The translations under genes and the position numbers were made by a program. From NCBI GenBank assembly GCA_963797095.1, contig CAWCNY010000002.1:512001-576000 (forward strand): a stretch of 64,000 nt of DNA, given 5' to 3'. The stretch comes from an uncultured Chloroflexia bacterium (GTDB lineage Bacteria; Chloroflexota; Chloroflexia; QHBQ01; JADMIH01). Below, piece after piece: positions 11,001 to 21,700 of this stretch. Numbering within the stretch: the stretch's first letter is position 1; every line of letters begins with the position of its first letter. Below the pieces are notes generated by a model that saw nothing but the letters and a program-made list of their open reading frames with translations, did not search any database and was not told where the DNA came from.

Positions 11001-12379
11001 CCTCGGCAGGCTCACGATGGACCCTCAAATCAACCGTCCTTCCTCAGGCCCTCGGCTACATACCGACAGCAGCCATAGGAGGGATGATCTACACAGCAGG
11101 AGGGTCTGGGTGGGATGGCACCACCATCTTCGACACCGACTACTCGTACAAGTACGACCCCACAACCGATACTATTACCACCATCACCTCAATCCCAAGA
11201 TTGACAGCGGAAACCAGGGCAGTGAATATGGGAGGGGAGATGTGGGTATTAGGCGGTGGCCGAGATGCCCCCAACCCATCGAATGAGGTAGATATCTACG
11301 ACCCAGGCACGGACAGTTGGAGTTTAGGCGACCCGTTCGTGACGGCCCGCCGTAACTTCGCGGCAGACGCAGACGGCGCGGGACATATCTACTTAGTCGG
11401 CGGATATGCTCCTAGCTCACCAATTGACAACATGGAGATCTACACGAGTGGAGGAGGGTGTGTCACCCCGACCGAGACCCCGACCACAGCCCCACCCACC
11501 AACACCCCAACAGACACACCGGTAGCTCCCACCGCCACAGACACACCGGTAGTGCCACCAACCGATACAGCTACCGACACACCGGTAGTGCCACCAACTG
11601 ATACGGATACACCAGTGGTGCCTCCAACCGATACGGCAGTAGTGCCACCGACTGACACAGCAGTAGTGCCACCCACCTCCACCGACACACCAGGGGTACC
11701 AACAGCCACACCAACCTCGTGTCCAATGCAGTTCACAGATGTGCTGCCAGACAACACCTTCTACACCTACATCAGGTGCCTGGCATGCAGAGGCATCATC
11801 AACGGCTATTCGACAGGGTGTGAGACTGGCAATCCATGCTTCCGCCCTGGTAACCTGGTCACAAGAGGTCAGCTATCCAAGATAGTGTCCAACTCGGCTG
11901 GCTTCAACGACGACCCAGGACTGCAGATGTTCCAGGATGTACCGGCAGGCTCAACGTTCTACGCGTTCATCAACAGGCTGGCAATCCGCAACATCGTGAC
12001 AGGGTACCCATGTGGCTCCCCAGGAGAGCCGTGTGTAGGGCCGGATAACCTGCCGTACTTCAGACCGAACGCCAACATCACGAGAGGACAACTGTCGAAG
12101 ATAGTGTCAGAGGCAGCAGGGTACAACACGACACCTGGAGCACAGCAGTTCGAGGACGTACTGCCAGGCTCGACGTTCTACGACTACATCTGGAGGCTGA
12201 CAGACCTTGGCATCATGAACGGATACCCATGCGGCAGCCCGGGAGAGCCGTGTGTAGGCCCAGACAACCTGCCATACTTCAGGCCAGGCTCCAACGCGAC
12301 GAGAGGACAAGCATCGAAGATAGTAGCGAACACCTTCTATCCCAACTGCTACACTCCTTCCAGGCCAGCGGACGAATAG
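8027..12379 (+). CDS. Secreted S-layer-homology protein: N-terminal PPD..GDVG...RWGDY domain, shared module, Kelch propeller, Pro/Thr linker, SLH repeats
   Basis: Signal peptide, AAGGAAGGAG RBS, Kelch repeats, SLH tail identical to that of gene 1. Confidence 0.9.
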   Translation: MYRRKLYVLSFAILLTILAICLLVGGGQTTQASPPISAPAAVPPQQANSNGNTGGKTSMDNSRVLHVEKVTTDYHHDISPPVRSLPIVKDGQYPDTQISVIPEGGPLGGITGKPNGFTGDPAAQTLLGPLVIPTPLITFDGLTVAQGCGACSPPDPDGDVGPNNYVHIVNSSFAVYDKSGTLIDGPHPTNSLWAGFGGPCQTQNSGDGIVLHDQLADRWLITQFTSSGPTYYQCAAVSQTSDPTGSYYRYGFNMGNQFGDYPKYAVWPTAYYLSERDFTNGATQNGQGVHALERAQMLVGGTAQDILIRVPFTTPYLPGDGLLVADIDGTTLPPGANPDAYVLGLQDNGGGYGAPSDAINMWKFHVDFAVPANSTLTGPTVIPVDPFNSIFDPCGGGRACIPQPGTANKIDILSYRQRLTQRLSYRNMGAYEMLLGGSSVEGAPNIAGMRWYEIRNLSSTPTIYQQGTYVPGTVDGIHRWMGSLAMDGSGNIALGYSVSDGSSTFPGSAYTGRLAGDPLGQMTQGEAYIKVGTGSQTGSQRWGDYTAMHIDPSDDCTFWYVNEYIPTTSSVGWRGTIGAFKFPGCGGTPTPTATGTPPTPTNTPIPTNTPTATNTVPPTNTPICSNNYTLSTSAGATIVPGTTMVSGSNCDDCVNPAAIPFPFSFYGNSYSSVNLDSNGTLQFVSSTSTFTNACEPYASHNYVIHAYWDDLLLTTAGDGIYTSVSGSAPNRIFNVEWRGCYYSGGVCGTRVSFEARLYEGTGQIDVIYATVGNGNSSATGGVQKDTGSLFLQAFCNGSGQPVSAGSMFTYTIPPCLTPTPAGASPTPTCIAGGAGWGPGATLPVLNVRAYGAYFPPNGKFYAMGGRSSDTAGFAQLNPLEYSPTTDTWITKTAVFSDQQTSNVQGGVVTMSGTPVILVVGGSAGGGSGATNETRVYDPAADTLTTLLTDPWPPGLTTVPGGAAVVSNKLYIFGGFVVGIGMSDEIWEFDPNASAGSRWTLKSTVLPQALGYIPTAAIGGMIYTAGGSGWDGTTIFDTDYSYKYDPTTDTITTITSIPRLTAETRAVNMGGEMWVLGGGRDAPNPSNEVDIYDPGTDSWSLGDPFVTARRNFAADADGAGHIYLVGGYAPSSPIDNMEIYTSGGGCVTPTETPTTAPPTNTPTDTPVAPTATDTPVVPPTDTATDTPVVPPTDTDTPVVPPTDTAVVPPTDTAVVPPTSTDTPGVPTATPTSCPMQFTDVLPDNTFYTYIRCLACRGIINGYSTGCETGNPCFRPGNLVTRGQLSKIVSNSAGFNDDPGLQMFQDVPAGSTFYAFINRLAIRNIVTGYPCGSPGEPCVGPDNLPYFRPNANITRGQLSKIVSEAAGYNTTPGAQQFEDVLPGSTFYDYIWRLTDLGIMNGYPCGSPGEPCVGPDNLPYFRPGSNATRGQASKIVANTFYPNCYTPSRPADE

Positions 12380-12403
12380 AAGAATATCGTAAGCCATCAG
12401 GCA

Positions 12404-12447
12404 TAGACAAGCAGAATGGGCGGCTCGCCGCCCATTCTGCTTGTCTA
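12404..12447. repeat. 21-bp perfect palindrome (GGCGGC-loop-GCCGCC family); REP-like or terminator
   Basis: TAGACAAGCAGAATGGGCGGC-TC-GCCGCCCATTCTGCTTGTCTA. Confidence 0.85.
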
Positions 12448-12557
12448 AAACCCGTTCCCTTCCACTGAGCCGAAGCCATCTATAGACCTCACACACTGTC
12501 GTATACCTCAAACGGGTTAAGATTCAATTAAGGAAAAGGAATTACTACGGAATGATC

Positions 12558-12586
12558 TTGACTTTATTCTAACTTACCTTTAAGAT
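12558..12586 (+). promoter_or_regulatory. Probable sigma70 promoter for the third surface-protein gene
   Basis: TTGACT-17 bp-TAAGAT in an AT-rich tract. Confidence 0.5.
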
Positions 12587-12803
12587 ATATATCAAAGTTG
12601 ACCCAACGCCAACGTCGTCTGCTGGGGCAGCATTCTGTCGGGTGTACTCTTCATATACCAACCCGGCTCTCCGTGCATCTTCATAGCCTTCCAGGGCCAT
12701 ATATAGGGCTGAGTGTATCCATTTAACTATACGGCAGCTTCGTTGGCGCTTGCCTTCAACTCAATATCTCAATATTAGAACGAGATCAGGAAAGGAGCTT
12801 AGG

Positions 12804-15800
12804 ATGGATCAAGGAACCTCCGGTTCCGGCTCTATTGGCCGGAAGCGTTTTGTCGTGCTCGCATTATTGATGTTGGTGATCGGAGGGTTGGCGACCCTGA
12901 TAACCTGGTCGCCTTTTTCAAAGCCCACTGCCACCAACCTCAGTTCCCCACCCGGTGTGAGCGGCGTCAGAGTGAACGAGGAGCAAGAGCAGTTCTCAGC
13001 CTCCATACAAGGGTTACCCAAAGGCGAGTCCGGCCAGCTTATGAGCCTGGAGGACTATTGGTATACCCGTGTCGGCTACCCCACTATGCAGTTCAATGGA
13101 AGTTGGCTCCTCCAGGCTGCCCAACAAGACAAGGTTGTTACCAGTAAGCTGCCTGCCGGTCGTATTACCTATGCGAATACCGCCGAGTTGGCTCTCACCC
13201 TCAACCCTACCGCCTGGACCGCTCTTGGTCCTCAGCCTCTGCAGATGAATGGCTGCTCAGGCTGTTACAACTACGGCAAGTCCTCGGGTCGCGTGAACGA
13301 CATCGAGGTTGACCCCGTATTTACCAACACGGCATACATCGCCGCCGTTGGTGGCGGCGTCTGGAAGACCACCAATTGCTGCTCCATCGACACCGTTTGG
13401 ACGGTCAAGACCGACGATCCCCTTATCTCAACTTCGTCCATCGATGATCTGTCTATCGACCCCAATAACCCCGCTATTATCTACGCGGGCACAGGCGACC
13501 TCAACTATGGCTCCTTCTCGATGGGCAGCATCGGCGTGCTTAAGAGCACCGATAGGGGCGAGACCTGGGCCGTCAAAGGCGCTGATGTCTTCACCCCTTA
13601 CTTCCCTGAGCCTGCGGGCCAGTTCCCTCAGTATCAATCCATCGGCAAGGTAGAAGCCGACCCTAACAACTCCAATACCGTGATTGCGGGCACCAAAACC
13701 GGTATCTACCTCTCATATAACGGCGGTGATGACTGGACCGGTCCCTGCTTTACCAATGTCTATACGGCAAGCCAGCGCCAGGATGTTACCGGCCTGATCC
13801 TCAGCGATGCGGGTGCGTTCACCGATATGTATGTAGCGGTTGGTACGCGCGGTTACAGCACCACCGTCCAGTACAACCTCTCGGAAAACGGCGCTAACGG
13901 CATCTACAAGGCGCAGGTCCCCACCGCCGGTTGCCCGACAGGCTGGAACCTCATCAGCCGCGCCGACAACGGCTGGCCCGCAGGCACCGGCTCCGGCATT
14001 CCGCAGTACCAGGCCGGTGGCGACCAGCTAGGCCGCATCGATATGGCTATTGCCCCTAGTGACCCCAACTACCTCTATGCAATCGTCCAGGCTATCAACC
14101 CCACCGCAAACCGTGGCGGTGTCCTAGGCGTCTGGCGCACAACCGATGCCGGTACTACATGGACCCAACAGGCAGGCGTCGGCTCGAGCGCGGCAGAGTG
14201 GCAGGGTTGCGACCGTGCGGGCACTCAAAGCTGGTACAACCAGCATATCGCGGTGGACCCCAACGATCCGAACACGGTCTACGCCGATACCATTGACATC
14301 TTCAAATCGACCGACGGGGCTGACACCTTCAGTAACGTCACCTGCGGTTACACGGGCGGTACCACCGAGCACGTAGACCAACACGCCCTTGAATACGTTC
14401 CAGGCCAGTCCAGCATGCTCCTGGCAGGTAGCGACGGCGGCGTCTACGTAACCGCCAACGCCGATAGCGCCAGCCCAACCTGGCAGCAGATGAACGAGAA
14501 CTCTCAACACCATCGAGTTCTACGCAGGCGACATCACCGCCAACTTCGCCAACTCCAGCAGCCCGGGCATCAATGGTGGTTCGCAGGACAACGGCTCCCC
14601 TGTGAACGTCTGGACGGCCTCCTCTCCAGGTGCTACAGTAGTCCCCGCCGCCACCCAGTGGCAGCTTCGCAACGGTGGCGACGGTATGTTCGCCCGTATC
14701 GAGCCTGTGCTCGGCCAGCGATGGTACCAGGAGAGCCAGAACGGCGCGCTTCGCGTCAGCCAGACCGGCCCCTATGGCAGCCTCAGCAACGCCGCAGCCC
14801 CCGGCTCCTGGGGTGGCGACCGCCTCAGCTTCGTATTCCCGTATGAAATCTTCAAGGGCGATCCCAACGGCCCTGCTTCTCAGGACTGTCCTCCCACAGG
14901 CTGCACCCACATGATCGGCGGCACTTATCGCGTGTGGGAGACCATCCAGGGCGCTATTCCAACCTCAAGCTGGTATATCAACAGCCCAGACCTGACCAAG
15001 AACACGCTGGCCGACCGCTCCATAATCAATCAGCTTGCATATTCGCCCAGCATCTCAACTACGGCCATCGTCGGCACCAACGACGGTAACGTACAGTACG
15101 GCTTCAACCTCGGGCAGGGTGTCGCCAACTCCGCTACCTGGGTCGACGTCACCGACAACAATAACCTGTTGCCTAACAGGCCGGTCCTCGACGTGGCAAT
15201 CGACCCCTCCAATCCTCTTGTTGGCTATGCGGCGTTGGGTGGCTTCGATCAGAACACCCCCTCTACCCCCGGCCACGTCTTCCGCGTGACCTGCTCGGCC
15301 AACTGCGGCTCCTTCTACTGGGAGAACAAGAGCGGCAACCTGCCTAACATCCCTGTAGATTCGATCATCGCCAACCCCAACTTCCCGCAGCAGGTCTTCC
15401 TCGGCACCGACTGGGGCTTCTACTACACCGATAACATCAACGCCGCTTCCCCCACATGGCACCGCTTCGACAACGGCATACCTCATGTCATGATCTGGGA
15501 CATGTCAATCGACCGTGGCGCTACTACTATTGCCGCCTTCACACGCGGTCGGGGTGCCTACGTATGGCCTCTGCCTGGCACCAACATCAGCCCGACCGAT
15601 ACCCCCACTCCTACCAATACTCCTACCAATACTCCTACCAATACCCCTACTCCTACCAACACTCGTACTCCTACCAACAGCCCGACTTCCACCAACACCC
15701 CCACCGCCACTCCCACCTGCCAGTCAGGCTACTCGAACCCCGTGCCCTGGGCGGTCGTCAGCCCGATAGCTGTTGACTCCTACGGCCTCGGAGGCGCGGG

Positions 15801-18507
15801 TAGTTCCACCGACTTCTATGCTGGCGCGGGCTACAGCTTCAGCACGTCCAACTACACCACTCAATTCGCTCGCTACAACCCCACCGCCAATTCGTGGACC
15901 GCTCTCGCGGGCGTGCCCAACACAGGCGAGGGCATAGGCTTCGTCTACTCGCCTCTCAATAACAAGATCTACGCCTTCGGCGGCGCTACTTGCGGCACCA
16001 ATACCGTCTACAGCGATACCCGCATCTACGACATCACTACCAACACCTGGTCTAGCGGCGCTCCCATGCCCGCCTCCAGGCAGCAGGCAGCGGTCGGCTA
16101 CCTCAACGGCAAGATCTACGTGGCAGGCGGCTTCGATAGCTGCATTATCAACAACACCGATGTCTTCAATACCCTCTACATCTACGATGTTGCCACCGAC
16201 ACCTGGACCACCGGTGCCAACCTGCCCGCTACCGAAGGCGGCGCGGCAGGCTCCGTAATGCAGAACAGGTTCTACGTAGCGGGCGGGCGCGACGCTAATC
16301 TATCCAATCGCACCACCCTCTACGAATACAACCCGGTCACCAACGCCTGGGCTACCCGCGCTGCCATGCCTACCGGCGTAAATGCGGCGGGCGCTGCGGC
16401 TGTCGGCACCAAGCTGTGGGTCATCGGCGGCGGCAATCCCTTCCTGGGTGCCAATTCCGGGCCACTAAGAGACAAGACTACGGCCCCTGAGACCGCCAAC
16501 TCAACCCAGGTATGGGACTTCACTACCAACACATGGTCCGCAGGCCCCAGCCTCAACGTTGGTCGCTCCTTCCTGGCTGCCGGTAATATCGGCGCGGTTG
16601 TCGTCGCTGTCGGTGGCTTCGATGGAGTTACTACCGTTGCCACCACCGAAACGGCTACCATAGGCTCCGTCTGCTTCGATGCGACCCTCACACCTACCAT
16701 TACCAACACACCTGCGTCCACCAACTCTCCAACCAACACCCCCACACGTACCGCCACGCGTACCTTCACAATCACCCGCACCCCTACCAACACCGTGGCC
16801 CCCACCAACACCTCCACGGTTACATCTACCCCCACCTGTAGTGCAGGCGCGGGCAACTGGACTGCCGCAGCGGTGTCGCCCAACAGTGTCGCACGCTACG
16901 GCTATGCACAGGTAGGCAACTCCTTCTATATCTTCGGCGGCGCGACCAGCGGCAGCCCGATTGTTAACGTAGACAGCTACGACTCGGTTACCAACTCCTG
17001 GACAATCCGCGCCAACATGCCGTTCGCCTCCGAGGGTGCTGCTTGCGCCTATATGGCAAGCAACAACAAGGTTTACTGCGCCCAGGGTGACACAGGTTCG
17101 GGCTTCGGCATCTACGATGTCACTACCGACACCTGGAGCCTCGGTCCTGCCGTTCCGGGCGGCGACCACTACGGCGCTGCTGCCGGTGCCTTCAGCGGTA
17201 AGGTCTATATCGTGGGTGGCGGCACCGCAGGCCCAAGCACCACCGTTCGTGTCTATGACATCGGCACGAACACATGGTCAACAGGCACAGCGGCCCCTTC
17301 CGCTTACGAGTTGGGTGGCTTCACCCAGGTTGGTCAATACCTCTATGCGGTTGGCTCCTTCGGGGCTTCCCCCTCAGGTATGCAGGATAGCTTGACGAGG
17401 AACGCTTCGACAACATCTCGCGCACTCGCGCCTAACGCCAACAGCACCAGCACTCTCAGGCTCGACCTGTCCACCGGCACCTGGAGCACAGGCCCTGCCT
17501 GGACCCCCGGCAGAGCCGACTTCGCCCTCGCTTACGATGCAGCCTTCAATAAGCTGTACGCAATAGGCGGCGACGCACCGGGCGGCACCTACTTCGACTC
17601 TACCAACTCGGTAGACGAGCTATCCCTGGCAAGCTGGCCTGCCGGCTCCTGGGCTTCCTCTGCACCTGTCTTGCCTTCAGTCAGGCAGGGCAACCCTGCC
17701 GGTACATACACTACAGGGCGCGTCTCCGGCGAGGTCTGGAGTGTAGGCGGTGTCGATGGAAGCACGTTCACATTCCTGAACGACAACCTCTATCGCCCGC
17801 ATGGCTATCCATGCCCGACTAACACCCCCACCGTCACCAACACACCAACCAACACACCGACCAGCACCCGCACCAATACCGCCACCGTCACACCCAGCCC
17901 TACCTGCGTAGTAAACCCCAACTACAGCGCGGTACGCACTACAGGAGCCACTATCATTCCTGCTGCAACGCTGGTAGCCGGTTCTCAGTGCTCGGCTTGC
18001 GTGGTCACGGTCAACCTCCCCTTCACCTACAACTTCTACGACCAAAACTACACAAGCGTCAACGTCTCCAACCAGGGCAACCTGCAGTTTGGGAGCAACA
18101 ACTCTGCTACAGGAGCATGTATCCCAACCACCTCAGCCAGCTACTTGATAGCACCATACTGGGGTAGCTTCGTATCCAACCTCACCCCGGCGATGGGAGT
18201 GTACACCACAGTAACAGGTACCTCACCAAACCGCACCTTCGTAATCGATTGGAAGCTAAAGAGGAGTGCAGACTCGAGGCTGACAACCAGTGAGTTCGAG
18301 GTAGTGCTATACGAAGGGATACCGAGGTTCGACTACATCTACGGGAACGTATCGGACCAGGGTATCAACGAGAGCATCGGAGCACAGGAGTTTACGGGAG
18401 TAGGGTTCCGTTCGGTGTCGTGGTCTTGCAACACTGCCTCTGTGCAGCAAGGAGACCGTCTCACCTTCGACCGGAGGGCCTGCTCCATCCTGACAGATCG
18501 GCCCTAG
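12804..18507 (+). CDS. Giant secreted BNR (VPS10/GH74-like) double propeller plus two Kelch propellers; one gene with a +1 frameshift at about 14499
   Basis: ORFs 12750-14846 and 14602-18507 join into ...QQMNE-TLNTIEFYAGDITANF...GGSQDNG if one A of GAGAACTC is removed; AAAGGAG RBS before ATG 12804. Confidence 0.85.
17914..18476 (+). repeat. 563-bp C-terminal module near-identical to 23413-23975
   Basis: One substitution seen (AAC vs AGC). Confidence 0.9.
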
Positions 18508-18558
18508 CTGCCCATAAGCTAGCTCCGTCTGTTACCCTCAACAATTCTTATTCTTTGA

Positions 18559-18600
18559 GATCTTCCAGAAGAGCAATATCAACAGCTCTTCTGGAAGATC
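18559..18600. terminator. 16-bp stem hairpin between genes 3 and 4
   Basis: GATCTTCCAGAAGAGC-N10-GCTCTTCTGGAAGATC. Confidence 0.6.
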
Positions 18601-18768
18601 GCCAGTTCACAAAACTCTTGGAGATGCTTCGCCGCTTTTGGCGTAGTTCTTTTCTGCTTGGTAGGGAGGATCTTGCCTATGTACTTCTAACCGGTTGATT
18701 GCGTTGTCGCTTACGCTCTACTAACCGTTCCCATTTGAATTACCGGAAAAGGAAAAGGAGCCGATTTT

Positions 18769-21700
18769 ATGAAGAATAGATTCGTTCAGCTAGGCCTGGC
18801 GTTCGCGGCTACCTTGCTGATCGTGGCCATTGCACTCTTTGTGCGCGATGGCCTTAACCCCGCGAACAACAATGCTGGCAAAAGCAGCGGCGCTGCCTCC
18901 GTACAAAACGTAAAGCCCGCTGCCCCTAACGCCGGGCCAAATATAGCCATCCCTCCCACCGGCGCGCAGCCTCAAGAGAAAACCTATCCCAACGGAGCAC
19001 GCGTGATAACCGATGTCAAGCACGACGTATCACCTCCGTTGCGCGACATCCCGCCTTCAGCCGTCGTAGACGTACAGGCGGAGAATGAAAACGAATCTCC
19101 GTTCCCTGTACCCCACACGAAGATCAAGGACCCCGTGGTCCAGAACTTCTTCGGCCCTCTCTCGATGCCAACCCCCATCATCACCTTCGAAGGCATCACC
19201 CAGGCTCAGGGCTGCGGTAGCTGTCTCCCTCCCGATACCAACGGCGATGTTGGCCCCAACCATTACGTACAAACCGTCAACTCGTCCTTTGGCGTGTGGG
19301 ACAAGAGCGGCAACATCGTGCTCTCTCCTCGCCCCATCAACACCCTCTTCGCCGGTTTTGGCGCGCCCTGCCAGACTACCAACGCGGGCGACCCCATCGA
19401 CCTCTATGACCCTATAGCTGACCGCTGGCTCATCAGCCAGTTCACATCTTCCAACCCCTTCGGGCAGTGTATAGCCATCTCCACTTCTCCCGACCCCACC
19501 GGCTCATACAACCGCTACTTCTTCCAGTTCGGCACAACCGAGCTTTATGACTATCCCAAGTTCGGTGTATGGCCCGACGGCTACTACATGACCGCCAACG
19601 TCTTCCTCAGCCAGAGCTTCCAGAGGCCGGCGGCCATGGTATTTGACCGTGCCAGCATGCTCGCGGGCCTCCCGGCCACCGTCCAGATATTCAACCCGGG
19701 CAACTTCTACGCCACCCTCCTGCCCGCCGACCTCGACGGCTCTAACCTCCCGCCGGCCGGTGCTCCCAACCCCTTCGTCAGCACCACGGGCAACATCAAC
19801 ACCATTCACCTGTGGCGCTTCCATGTTGACTGGACCACCCCCGCCAACTCCGTGCTCGCTGGCCCCGTCGATATACCTACAGCCCCATGGGACCCCGACC
19901 TCTGCGGCGGTGCCCTCTGTATTCCGCAGCCTGGCACCGTTCGTCGCCTCGATACCCTCGGCGACCATGCTATGTTCAGGCTGCAATATCGTAACTTCGG
20001 CGACCACGAGACCCTCGTATTCAACCAAAGCGTCGATGTTGATGGCACCGACCACGCCGGTATCCGCTGGTACGAATTGCGTGACCCCAACGGCACCCCA
20101 TCTGTCTACCAGCAGGGCACCTACGCGCCTGACGCTACCCATCGCTGGATGGGCAGCGCCGCTATGGACGGCGATGGCGACATAGCCATCGGCTATTCCG
20201 TCTCCTCAACCACCATCACCCCCTCCATTAGCTACGCCGGGCGTCTCTCAACCGACCCTCTCGGAGTGCTTGGGCAGGGTGAGACCATGATGTTCCAGGG
20301 CACCGGCTCTGAGACCAGCACCTCCGGGCGCTGGGGCGACTACAGCGCCATGAACGTCGACCCCTCGGACGACTGCACCTTCTGGTACACTAACGAATAC
20401 CTGCAGACCACGTCGAGCGCTTCCTGGAGGACCCGCATCGGCTCCTTCAAGTTCCCCGGCTGTGGCTCGACCACCCCCACCCCCACCGACACCGGCACTC
20501 CTCCCACCGCCACCGACACCCCTACTCCTGTTCCTACGGCCACCACAGTGCCTGCCAGTTGCGCCAACTACAATGTCGCCATTGACAGTGGCACATGGGT
20601 CTCGGCCACCACCCTCGTTGGCTTGCAGTGCGACGACTGTGCGGCCCCCATCAACCTCCCCTTCCCGGTCAAACTCTATGACCAGACCTACAATTCGGCT
20701 GTGGTAAGCTCTAACGGTGTGCTGGAGTTCGGCAGCGGCGACTATGCCTTCGGCAACGCCTGTCTCCCTGCCAGCATCTACGATCATGCCATAGCCGTCT
20801 TCTGGGACGACCTGATCTTTACCAACCCCGGTGAGGGTGTGTACAGTTCCACCTCAGGAACTGCCCCCAACCGCAGCTTCCTGCTCGAATGGCGCGGCAG
20901 GTCCATAGGCATATCGCCTAACGCATCGGTCGACTTCGCTATCATGATGCACGAAAACTCGGCCAACTTCGAGCTTCTATACACAGCTAGCACCGCTGGC
21001 CTAACGCGTAGCGCCACGATCGGTGTCCAGCGCAATATGCTGTACTACACGCAGTACTCCTGCAATGTCGCATTCGTGACGCCCCGCCTCAAACTGGACT
21101 TCACAATAGCGGATTGCCCAACTAATACCCCAACACCCACCAATACCCCTACCTCCACTTCCACTCGCACCCCTACCCTCACCCGTACCAGCACTAACAC
21201 CGCCACGGGCACGCCTCCAACCAGCACAGCTACTCAAACAGCTACCAACACTGCTACTGCCACCCCCACCTGTATCGGCGGCTACAGCACTCCTGTGCCG
21301 TGGGCCGTTGTCGCACCCGCTCCCGCTGATGTGCTCGGCGCAGGCGGAGCAGGCAGCGCCAGCAACTTCTACATGGGCGGCGGCTACAGCCTATCTTCTT
21401 TTAGCTACACCAATCAGTTCGGAAGCTACAACCCCACCGCCGACACCTGGACCGCGCTGGCTAACGTACCCAACACGGGCGAGGGTCTCTCCTTCGTCTA
21501 CTCACCTCTCAACAACAAGATCTACGCCTTCGGCGGGGCCAACTGCGATACCAGCACCGTCTACGCCACCACACGCATCTACGATATCGCTACCAACACC
21601 TGGACCACCGGCGCTCCCATGCCAACGGCCCTGCACGGTATGGACGCTGGCTACTATGACGGTAAGGTATACCTTGCAGGTGGCTTCACCTCCTGTGCTG

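Noticed and set aside
12593-12800. Possible riboswitch in the leader of gene 3 (CGCCAACG/CGTTGGCG pairing, internal hairpin)
   Set aside because: No known aptamer consensus recognised; needs an Rfam scan
14491-14510. Programmed ribosomal frameshift in gene 3
   Set aside because: No slippery heptamer or homopolymer run
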